Below are positions 53,924-64,000 of a stretch of DNA of 64,000 bases, piece by piece. Made by a program: the position numbers and the translations under genes. Source of the DNA: Callorhinchus milii (taxonomy: Eukaryota); assembly GCF_018977255.1 (NCBI RefSeq), contig NW_024704742.1:75890001-75954000 (forward strand), in the 5' to 3' direction. Below the pieces are notes generated by a model. It did not search any database. It saw only the letters and a program-made list of their open reading frames with translations, and was not told the origin of the DNA. The first letter of the stretch is position 1; each line of letters starts with the position of its first letter.

Positions 53924-55875
53924 CTGAATTGAAAAAGAACACAGTTGTAACTTCCCACAATATTAGTGCACACATTATACAGCAACTTTCTAACTAAGAC
54001 AGTGCTGCCTGGACATATGGTGGCTGACTAGATCTATAGAAGGTGCGTTTTCTTTTCAAAATCCTCAAAACTCAATATTCCACACTTAGTTTAATGTCTT
54101 GTCCGTTGAGCACGAGGGAGATGTCTTGTTATTGAGTAACCCAGCTCACCTTACGTAGCAAAGCAGTGCCTCAGCCCTTTCTACCAGCATCTGAAACATG
54201 AACATTGGTCTAGGGCATGTGTCCACACAGATGTTTTTTTTTATTATTACTTTAACCTCATGAGGTCTGAAATTCCACCTAGTCTCAGCCTGTCAGTCCA
54301 CATTGTTTTAATATCTAAGATTGCTCTGAATTGTGGCAAATTCTAAAATTCAGTGTTAATTTGGCGGTGGTTTATCTTCAGGTATTAAAATGAATCAGCT
54401 TCCAAATTAACACCGAATCTAAGAATTCACTACAATTTTATACAATTGGAACAGTAAAGAATGATTAGATCCCGTACCACTATGCTACCAATATTTGGAT
54501 CAATTACTCTTTGTTTGTCAATGATTGTTATCCTCTTTACACCACCACTGAACTCTCTAGAGATCAGCAGTTGATTGGGACATTGCTACCAAAGGCCTCT
54601 CTACATTAGACTTTCAGCAATGATTCCCAAGTCTCTATCTTCACAATCACACTATGGAGTTCCTGCTAATGGGTCAAGCACAACCAACATACAAGCCAGC
54701 CTTTATAGTGCAGGGTAGATCCGACAGGTCACCTGGAACCAGGTCCATTCGATACATTCCATCTTCACAAGTACGCTATGGAGTCCCTGCTACCACATCC
54801 ATCACAACCAACTTACAAGACCTGGGTCTGCCAAGTCCACTTGAACCAGATCTACTAGGACATGTTTTCTTATGTAGAGCTCATTCATGCGAAACGTGCT
54901 AGCCTCAGCTTTCTAATAGCAGAGTTTGGAACCATTTCTGAGTATTATAGAGATGGGAATTTTACAACCACAGGGCAACAGCGCAGGTCCATTCATCTTT
55001 TAAATGAGCTATCATTATGTGTGAAGCAAAATTAGATGGACAATCTGCTGAATATCAGCTTGGTGCTAATAAAACTATCACTCGTAAAAGCGAAACCCCA
55101 CATGGGAGCAGATGACAATTACTGCGCATTAGTTAGAAGGATATTGCCTAGTGCACTTTGGAAAACAGGAACGTCTATGACTGGAATCACGGTAGTCCGA
55201 AAGTAAAATCTTTTTCTAAGCCCCCATATGGGACAACAACATCTTTATTAGCAATGGGTAAAACCCACAACCCTTCACATCAGACTTCAATAAAAATGCC
55301 TAGATTTTTCTCGACCTATAATTTGACTAAATATTTCACTGAAAGCAACAGGCACATATCATAAGCTTTGTATAGTACTCTCAGGCATCTACAATCCCAA
55401 TCAGAAAGGAACGCAATCAAACCAATTTTCACCAGACAGTCCCAGAAGGGTCATAGCCACCGATGTATTATAATAAGCATTCTGTGCTTTGATTAAAAAT
55501 GAAGATGCCAATGGATTATAGGAACTCACTGACCTGAAACAGAAAGGGAATGACAGCAAGAAAAGACAAAAGAAGCACGATAAGCGCTCATTTGTGGCTC
55601 TCATCGAAACACGATTAGTTGATGGTTCTGGGGTAAATCCACAATAATAGCTGCAATACAACAGTAACCATGAGGCACATGCAGGAGGAAAGAGGGGAGA
55701 GGAGACAGGTAGGAGATAGATTAGAGTAAGAGGAGGAGAAAAACAAAGGCACAATGTGATATATCATATGAGCAAGGTTGAATGAAGAAACAGAATAAAG
55801 ATGAATAAAGATGGTAATTGAGTTCTCATTGTGAAGGACTGAGGTAAAGCCAAGTGGGCAGATGGTTTTACTCAC

Positions 55876-55972
55876 TGTCAGTAGATTTGTTACTGCCTAG
55901 GAAGGGCTCTTGTTCCATCATGTCCATTGGAATTTTAATAGCTGCAACTTTTTCTGAATATGGGTAATCGGA
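55876..55972 (-). CDS. SLC4A4: SLC4A4 97-bp cassette exon (included in NBCe1-A/B-type, skipped in NBCe1-C-type)
   Basis: [32 protein letters not shown]+A. Acceptor tttcatccacag, donor A|gtgagt. Exactly 97 bp, as in the mammalian cassette. Confidence 0.96.
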
Positions 55973-57786
55973 CTGTGGATGAAATGTTCAGAGTGCTTAA
56001 AAATACCAAATTGGAACCCAAACACTCCCCTTTAATAATACCAGATTGGAACCTGGGCACATCCCTTTACTAATAGGGAATCAGAATGAAGGTACCAGCT
56101 GATATCACTAGCTTCTCAGGGATGGGGGCCATTCCCAGCTGAGTGTCTGACACATGGGGAAACCCATCACCACATTAAGAGTATCCAAACAGACTGAAGA
56201 ATTCCACATATGCATGCTGCCTACACACAGAAACATCCCTGTGTTTGGAATGTAATGGGACTCTCTGCCTACAGGGGTGCATCCTGCTTACCTGATTCTG
56301 GCCACTATTAGGCGCAGGCTGGCAAAAGCCAAGACTTGGGAACCCCAGAGTGTGTGTTGGGGTACTCCTGGAGTAACCAGCTAAAATCATTTGGCTTGCC
56401 ATTGTGAATACAGTCTGGCAAACTTCCTGCTGCTTGTTCAACTAGGACCACGCTACTCTTGAGGATTACATGATTCAGGTAGGTTTCTCTCATTTGAGAA
56501 AACTAGAGTGATCCAAACTGGTTTATAGTGGGCACTTTCCTCTCATTGTTTAGGGATTCACTAGGGATCTGAAAATAGTCTGATGCTCAACAACTTTTAC
56601 TTTCTTTAGTATAATGCAAATCTTGCCCATTTTGTCTTGAGTAAAGTAATGTTTTAAAAAGACATTTATGTTCTGCTCTCTTCCCCTGATTCTCAAGGTG
56701 CTGCCTCTCTCCTGGGTCACAGTTCCACGTGCCCCTTTGAGGAGGAGAGAGGGGAATTGGGAAGAGGAAGTTCAGCCAAACGGAATTCAAGAAGCCTTAG
56801 GTCACACTTTTTAAATTGAAATAAATTAAAATGTATGATACTTTGTTCCTTATCAAATCTGTTTTGCAGTGGAATGTGTGTGCAATCATTAGGAGCTGTA
56901 ACTTGACAGCTAAACAATACAAGTTGTGACTATTGTCAACCTTTTGACTGAGAGAGTCCTTGCTAGAATGAACTGAATCCAGAGCACCTTTATCAGCATT
57001 GAGTGGCTTGCATCATCCGGACAGGTCTAGGAATGTGAGGGAATCAAGTTCAAGGTCAATGATCGCTGTGAGATTTCATTTCTCTTTAAGGGACTTCTGT
57101 TCAGAGTGGCTTCAGAATAGAACAAGACACAATCCAAAATGTAATGTTGGTGAGTTAACTCATAAGTGTGATGTCTCTTAGAAACAAATACTTGGAGGGA
57201 ATTACCAGGCAACAATATTGTCAGGTAAGAAGCATCATACAGTTCTGTCACACCATCTGAATTAAACAGTATTCAAGATTATTTGGAGACTTTCAGTTAC
57301 TGAGGAACGGCCTGCAGTATCAGAACAAATGGCTCCATTCCCGCTGTGAGCACTGTTTAAGAGTGGTAGGTAATTAAAGCTGTAAATAAGACATTACAGA
57401 AAACATCTTAGGGTACAGAGAAGAATATATCACTGGGGATCTACCAGTCTTATTGAGCCTAGAGGCTAATTTGCATAAAGAGTTTGTGGTTAGTAGTTTG
57501 ATTACTGGCTATAAGGAAAGTCATAATCTTTGAATTCCCTCAATCCTGCAGCATTTATGTCCTTTGCTCACTCCCCACTCCATTTTCTCTTCCTTCCTCT
57601 CCCAAAGGCAGTGGTTGGGATGTGGTTCCTCAAACATTGTCCGTATCTCACCCAACTGACCAATCTTTATGTATGATTCCAGACAATGAGACTATTCAGC
57701 CACAGAGGCCATCTCAGTCTTCTACTATTCTCACTTTTGAGGCAAATGACCATTACCAACGTAAGACTTGGGTGTTCTCACCTAAA

Positions 57787-58430
57787 CCTGACAGCCAGGC
57801 ACCACTACTCTCAGGGTCTCAGTGCCAATGTGCTAGCAATCCATGTGCAGCACTAAATCAAATACATATAATACAGCTGTCTGCACTAAAGTCTGGCAAC
57901 AATGTGGGCATAATAGTAATCATAAATAATAAACCCTGTATTTGGTACGCTGGCAGGACATCTCAAAGCACTTCACAAGATATACTTTATAGTGACTGTA
58001 TTTTGAAGAGAATACATAGCTTTTAAAAAATGTTTCCTACGTGTACGGTGTATGAAGTTAGGATATATGAACTTGCAAGATTAAACAACGTAGTATGATG
58101 GGGATGTCCTGACAGCCAGGCACCACTACTCTCAGGGTCTCAGTGCCAATGTGCTAGCAATCCATGTGCAGCACTAAATCAAATACATATAATACAGCTG
58201 TCTGCACTAAAGTCTGGCAACAATGTGGGCATAATAGTAATCATAAATAATAAACCCTGTATTTGGTACGCTGGCAGGACATCTCAAAGCACTTCACAAG
58301 ATATACTTTATAGTGACTGTATTTTGAAGAGAATACAGAGCTTTTAAAAAATGTTTCCTACGTGTACGGTGTATGAAGTTAGGATATATGAACTTGCAAG
58401 ATTAAACAACGTAGTATGATGGGGATGTCC
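57787..58430 (+). repeat. Near-perfect 321-bp direct tandem duplication
   Basis: cctgacagccaggcacc...gatggggatgtcc at 57787-58109 and 58108-58430; one visible mismatch (catag versus cagag). Confidence 0.97.
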
Positions 58431-59479
58431 GAGTTTGTAATATTCATAAACGGGACTCCAGGCATTAATTGTGTTTTTCTATCCAGCCCTCCAGGTGTCA
58501 AAGTCCGATGATAAGCGGTGGTGAGAAATGACACTTTGCTCTTTGGCTTTGGCCAGGCTTTGGAATTTGTAATGAACGGCTTTCCAGCATCACAAGTCAG
58601 ACACTCAGAAGCCGCCGTCCAGCTGTGAGCAGCCTGATGGGGCTGTCACCTCTTCACAGTGACTTCAAATAGACGGCAGCAAGGGTTTAAAAGTGCATGT
58701 GGTTATTTTTTGCAAATAAAACTGCAAAAAAGTGCCCCCGGAGTTGGTTAACTGGCCTGTACTAACATGGCGGGGGCAGGTTGGTTTGGATAGTGCTGCC
58801 CTGTACAACAAATAGCGCAGTGTGTCACACAATCACAGGAGGTGGTGCTCGCACACTGACAGGGGTATTGTCACATAATGCTCTGTGCACAGCTGATCGG
58901 CTGGGTGTGGGACAGCAGACACCAAAAGGATGCTGGCCTTCAAAACATAAATTGAGGATCTCTTAACTCTGTGGCTCAGCCAACCAAAAGGAAAGGCAAG
59001 TAACAGATCAGCATCCGTAGATCAATCATGGATAATAGTGTCTTTAAAGTGAAGCACTCTTGACATCAATGTGGCAGAAGGGCAAGGTGTAACTCGCTAG
59101 TTGATGGGCTGTACATTTCCTGGATCGGATTTGCAATCTGTTGCCAGGCTTCAAACGGACAATTGTGGTCGGTCGAAATGCACTGGATGACGTGCGATCT
59201 CAATAATTGGTTGTGATGGGTCAAGTTAGGCCATTTAAGTGGTCCGAGTCTCCTTAGCTTGGTCGCATAATGCATTTGTGGTTTTCATTCTTAATGACTC
59301 TTTTCAATCTTGTTCAGACAATTCAAAACAGATTAACATTAATTGCTGTTCAGTTATAGCGTGCACTCAAAGGTGATTTAAAGCAAGCTACAGTACTTTT
59401 ATAATGGAACTTAAAGATGTCAATATGCATATAACAGATTGCTGTGATTTCAGGGCCAGGGTAATTGAACGCTGCTTAC

Positions 59480-59635
59480 ATCGTCGTTGTCACTGTCGGT
59501 GCTGTGCTTCTTTTTCTTCTTGTCATCCTCCTTCTTCTTCTTGTCCTTCTCAGGTATCACGTCATCCAGAAAGCTCAGGTCATGCTGGGAGAAGATGTAG
59601 TCCATAGCTTTCCGCACTGCAACCAGGGCGAGGAT
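59480..59635 (-). CDS. SLC4A4: SLC4A4 coding exon (last TM and Lys-rich cytoplasmic tail)
   Basis: 156 bp, [52 protein letters not shown]. Acceptor ttttctgctgacag, donor GAT|gtaagc. Not present in the ORF track in this frame. Confidence 0.97.
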
Positions 59636-61399
59636 CTGTCAGCAGAAAATGAGAGGAAAATGAGAAAGGAAAACCCCACTGTGCACCTTATAATAATAAT
59701 AATCCTTGCATTTGATATACTGCCTTATCACGTCTTCGAGATGTCTCAAAGCGCTTCACAGAATATACTGTAAAGTGCAGTGACTGTGTATTTTGTGGGC
59801 GAAACGCGGCAGCCAATTTCGCACAGCAATGTCCCACAGTCATGTTTATTGCTATAGTGGCGAAAAATGTTTTACAAAATTTCTGTGAAGTATAGTGACT
59901 GTATATTTTGTAGGCGAATGCGGCAGCCAATTTGCCCACAGCAATGTCCCACAAACAGCCACAAAGTGAATGATCAATTTTATCATGAGACTATTGGTCA
60001 GAACAGGGAGAAATTCTATTCTTTTTTCCAGTAGTCTCATGGGATCTTTAACATCCACCAGAACAGGCAGAGTGGACCTCAGTTTAGCATCTCATCCAAA
60101 GGACATAACTCCGACAATGCAACAGGCTCATAAAATTTAAAAAAGAGATCTATAGAGCTTATAGGCACCTCTAGACATCCTCCTGATTTGAAGAGCTCTA
60201 TATAAATGTTATTGATAACAAAATCTTTGTGTTTGATTTAGCCTGTAATTTTTAAACGTTTCATTTGCTTCAAAGTGTTTTTCTGTAAAGTTCAGTGCCT
60301 GTGTAGATTTGTAGGCAAACTTGAGTGGCAGGAAAACTAATAACAAAAAGTAAAACTGTTAAAGATTAAACCTGTAAATGGTTCCCTGGGTCCCAGAGAT
60401 AATCAAACAGCTACTCAAGGGCGAAATCCTGTCTTTGATCGGATTGGCTGCATTCTTCGACCATGTTTCTATGGTTCCAACATGCTCTGTGGGGAGTATT
60501 TAGTGTATATCTCTGTGTCTATATTCATTCTTCAATTCCTCACTGAACCAGACTTGCATCTGGATTTTTTTGTTTCATGAACTTAAAGGACACAGCTTTA
60601 TCGGTTTCTGACACGAATCTGCTCCACACAGCTCTTGTTCCAAATTGGGGATGATTTTGCGGTATTTGTGTGATGGATTTCTTCATTTCAAAATCTGAGT
60701 GGGGCTCTTTCTGGGTCTGGAAGTACGTCAGGCATGTCACAAAGACTCAGTCCGTAAATAGATGAGTGTGAGTGTCATTCCTGCACACTGGCACCACCGT
60801 CTTCCAGATTAATTTTATTAATAAATCCATTATGAAATACAGCAAAATCAAGCCCAGTTTTCACTCAATGGCATTTCAATGTCCTACTTGTCTGCTCCAG
60901 TTCTAGCATCACAGATGCACTCAGCAACAACTTGCATTTATAAAGTAGCCTTCATGCAGGATAACATCTCACAGAGTGCTGCAGAGTTAGAACCCGAGCA
61001 AGAAAGAAGGGGGTGGGAGGGCCATAGGCATGGTGGAAGAGGTAGGTTCTCAGGTGGGATTTAAAGATAGATAAAGAGGGGCAGAGGTGGTGGGTTTGAG
61101 GCAGGGAGTTCCAGAGATTAGAGGCCCAGTGGTTGAAGCATGGCCACCGATGGTGGGGCGGAGGGTTCGGGGGACACTGAGAGAAGGGTGCGGGCGGTGG
61201 AGTGAGGTATGAGCAGATAAGAGAGGTAGGGAGGTGCTAGGATGTGAAGGGCCATGTATGCGGGTGAGGATATGGGCAGTGGAGTTTTGTACATTCACTA
61301 TGGAGTTTTAACAGTTTTAAAAGTTTTCAATCTCTTATTAAAGCCTATCTTAAACAAATGCAATTGAATAAACTGCTTGAGCACTATATGCTTGTTTTT

Positions 61400-61710
61400 A
61401 TAATAATAATCCTTGCATTTGATATAACGTTTTTCACGTCTTCTAGACGTCTCAAAGCGCTTCACAGAATAGACTGTAAAGTGAATTGACTGTATATTTT
61501 TGGGCAAAATGTGGCAGCCAATTGCGCACAGCAGTGTCCCACAAACAGTCGTGGATTGAAATGACCAATATATTATTATTTTTTTTGAGGGATTATTATC
61601 AGGCGTGTGGAGTAAGGAAACTTGCGCGAGGTTTCACCCTGCCGGGAATTGAACCCAGGTCTCTCTCTTGCAAAGCGAGTGCTCTAACCGCTGAGCTACA
61701 GGACTCCACG
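61400..61710 (-). mobile_element. Full-length tRNA-derived SINE (intronic)
   Basis: Same family; a similar copy lies at 22128-22422(-). Confidence 0.9.
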
Positions 61711-61857
61711 AATATTATATAAATAGTATTATTATTATTTGTTTTTATAAGAGAATCTCTTATAAAATAATGTTCAACACTACAGGCTCAATGCTCAGGG
61801 TACAGTGTAATCTGATGGTAATTAGATGGTAATTAGATTACCATCAGGGTGCAAACT

Positions 61858-61980
61858 CAGAGAGTGAGAGAAAGATGGAGACAGGTTCAGAGAGAGAGAG
61901 AAAAACAGATTCAGCGAGACAGACTCAGAGACAGAGTCAGAGACAGACAGCATACTCAGAGAGAGAAAGAGAGAAGAGTC
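61858..61980 (+). repeat. Degenerate (AG)n/(ACAG)n microsatellite
   Basis: Direct inspection; a similar (GACA)n tract lies at 51060-51150. Confidence 0.85.
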
Positions 61981-62221
61981 TTGCTTGTTTTCACATTTCT
62001 TTGTGGTCAAAAATATCAGCAACGGAACTCGGCAGAAATAACAGCGGCAACTGTTCGCTTATCTCAGGTGTAGGGAACAACAACGGCTTCATGGTCCTGA
62101 CTACATTATCTAGGGCACAGCTACAATTTGATAGGAACATTCTTCAGGTGACAAAATGATGGATGGGCTGGAAAGTTTGAACGCTGCGCTGGAGGGGAGA
62201 CCACAGTGTGCAGAAACCTAC

Positions 62222-62394
62222 CATAATTGGGAAACGATGGCAGCAACAGTGGACTTGAGGATCCAAAGCAGGGCCAGGCAGAGCCCTTGGATGAACGTGA
62301 AGAGGTGGACACGCCGGAGAGGGACATGACGCAGGTAGATAAAGTCTGGCTGGTGCTTGGGTGGCATCAACAGCAGCTTCAGGCGATCCATGAG
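62222..62394 (-). CDS. SLC4A4: SLC4A4 (NBCe1) internal coding exon, TM12-13 region; apparent 1-nt deletion near 3' end
   Basis: Minus strand reads [54 protein letters not shown] then (one T missing) FPIM, close to the NBCe1 sequence as I recall it. Acceptor ttgtttcag|CTC, donor ATG|gtaggt. Length 173 bp, one short of a phase-0/0 exon. Confidence 0.96.
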
Positions 62395-64000
62395 CTGAAA
62401 CAACAAAGTAAAAGTAATTGTATTCCTTCTACAGACGCATAGACGTTTACAGCACAGAGGGAGACCATTCAGCCCATTGTACCTATGCTAGTCTCTAAAA
62501 GAGCTATATGTTTAGTCCCAGTCTCCTGCCTATACCCAAACCCCTTTCAAATATTTATTTGATTCCCACAAAAGTTAATATTTTGTGGAAATCAGCGCTT
62601 TGGGACATCCTCCCGACGTAAAAGGCGCTCTATAAATGTAATTTTGTTGTTGTTGTTGTTCTAATATGACTCAACAACCATTCCAAGTAGGTTAGGATAA
62701 CCCTCATTCCACCTCCTAACAACCCTGTTTGTAAAAATCCACTCCGCTATCTCTCTGTGACCTTAGTATAAAATTGAAAAGCAGTCAAGCCTCTGTATGT
62801 TAAAAAAAATAGCCAGCCTGTCTCAGCAAGTGGCAACCAAGGTACATATCTAGAGATTATTGGTAATCATACTGAGGTGTGAATGACTCTGGATTGAGAA
62901 ATTCCAGAGTCATTGTCTCAAAGACAATAACATAACATAACATGTAGGAGCAGGGGTAGGCCATTCGGCCCATCGTGCCTGTGCCGCCATTCAATCATGG
63001 CTGATCTTCTAATCTAACTCCAGCTAATACCATAACTTTGCCTTATCCCCATATCCCTTAATCCCTTTTGCAATAGTCAAGATTTTTCACATCTTGAACT
63101 GAATCATCCCTTTGAAGTAGCCCCGATAGCACTGAGATCAAAGACTCTTGCCTTGTGGGGAAATGGCCCAAATGACATATCTGAGGAGAACAAGTGTGGA
63201 GAAATGAGGAGAAAACAAATTAAGAGAAATACAATACAAAATTGTATTTGTATAGCGATTCATGTCGGGAGGATGTCCCAAGGCGCTGGACAGAAAGAGA
63301 GAGAGAAATGCCTTAAAATACTGTTGATTGGTAAAACTTTTCCTTTTTTTCCTTATTTACTTAATGCTTTTACTTCGCACTTTTAAAGTCTGTGCATATA
63401 TAATATATAAAAATATCAAATATTTTAAGATATGTGCAACATTTGGAATTAAAATCTCAATTGTTAATTGGAAAAGGATGATTGCCGATATATTTCCATC
63501 CTTATTTTGTGGAGACTGAAGAGTAATTTCCTGTTGCAGTGTTTTATTATTGGTTCAAGTTAGTCTGACGTCGATTGTTTGCTCTTATGGAATCAGTGCA
63601 GGTCACAGGATCAGCTCGGGAGCAGCAAAGCTAGTGCAACTGAAATTTGTTGTAACTGATAAAGGCGAGACTGAGAGTATTGGATAAGCCAGACAATCAA
63701 TAAGTATAATAATAATAAACAATCATTAAGACAGACAATTGCAAATTGGTGACACTCTCCCTTTACTATTTTAGTAACGGCCTTAAATCTAGTTAGGGAG
63801 TCTGGTGACTGGCTTGCTTTGCAACAGTGTGCTGTGAATCTTGCATCTTCCTGCTGTCTCTGGTTGGAACCCTTAGCCCAATAAAGTAGTAACTCATAAT
63901 GTCACAGCTATATGTTCTTGATGAAATAGAATTTGTGTCTTATACTAACTTATACATTCGCCCACAAAATATATCAACCTCATTAATTTACAGTATATCC

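Noticed and set aside
59066..59275. 69-aa minus-strand ORF as an alternative SLC4A4 terminal exon
   Set aside because: An in-frame stop lies just upstream, there is no acceptor joining it in phase 0, and I recognise no homology.
59465..59773. Plus-strand ORF resembling a single-pass membrane protein ([20 protein letters not shown])
   Set aside because: It is the antisense shadow of the Lys/Asp-rich SLC4A4 exon running into a SINE.
1..64000. Prokaryotic systems (CRISPR arrays, operons, defence loci)
   Set aside because: The sequence is intron-containing eukaryotic DNA; recurring motifs are dispersed SINE/LINE copies, not regularly spaced repeats.

Overview
Repeat-rich vertebrate genomic DNA. 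The Deu-domain SINEs, L2/CR1 LINEs and Penelope-type repeats point to a cartilaginous fish (inference). The right end holds the last five exons of SLC4A4 (NBCe1 Na+/HCO3- cotransporter) on the minus strand. These include a 97-bp cassette exon and a dual-frame exon, so both the NBCe1-A/B C-terminus (...FLEGHTSC*) and the NBCe1-C PDZ-ligand C-terminus (...GTETTL*) are encoded. Downstream on the plus strand (about 16.8-37.1 kb), at the position where GC lies in tetrapods, a series of decayed exon remnants resembles vitamin D-binding protein (GC) exons 2-11 in the correct order. Two further remnants resemble albumin exons 12-13, which mammalian GC lacks. This is a candidate unitary albuminoid pseudogene, identified only by eye against human sequences recalled from memory. 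The rest is mostly transposable elements: tRNA-headed SINEs sharing a tail with L2, L2, CR1, solo LTRs, MITEs, Penelope-like ends with a minimal hammerhead motif, and one atypical non-LTR RT fragment. There is also a 321-bp near-perfect tandem duplication. Almost all ORF-track entries are spurious translations of repeats.
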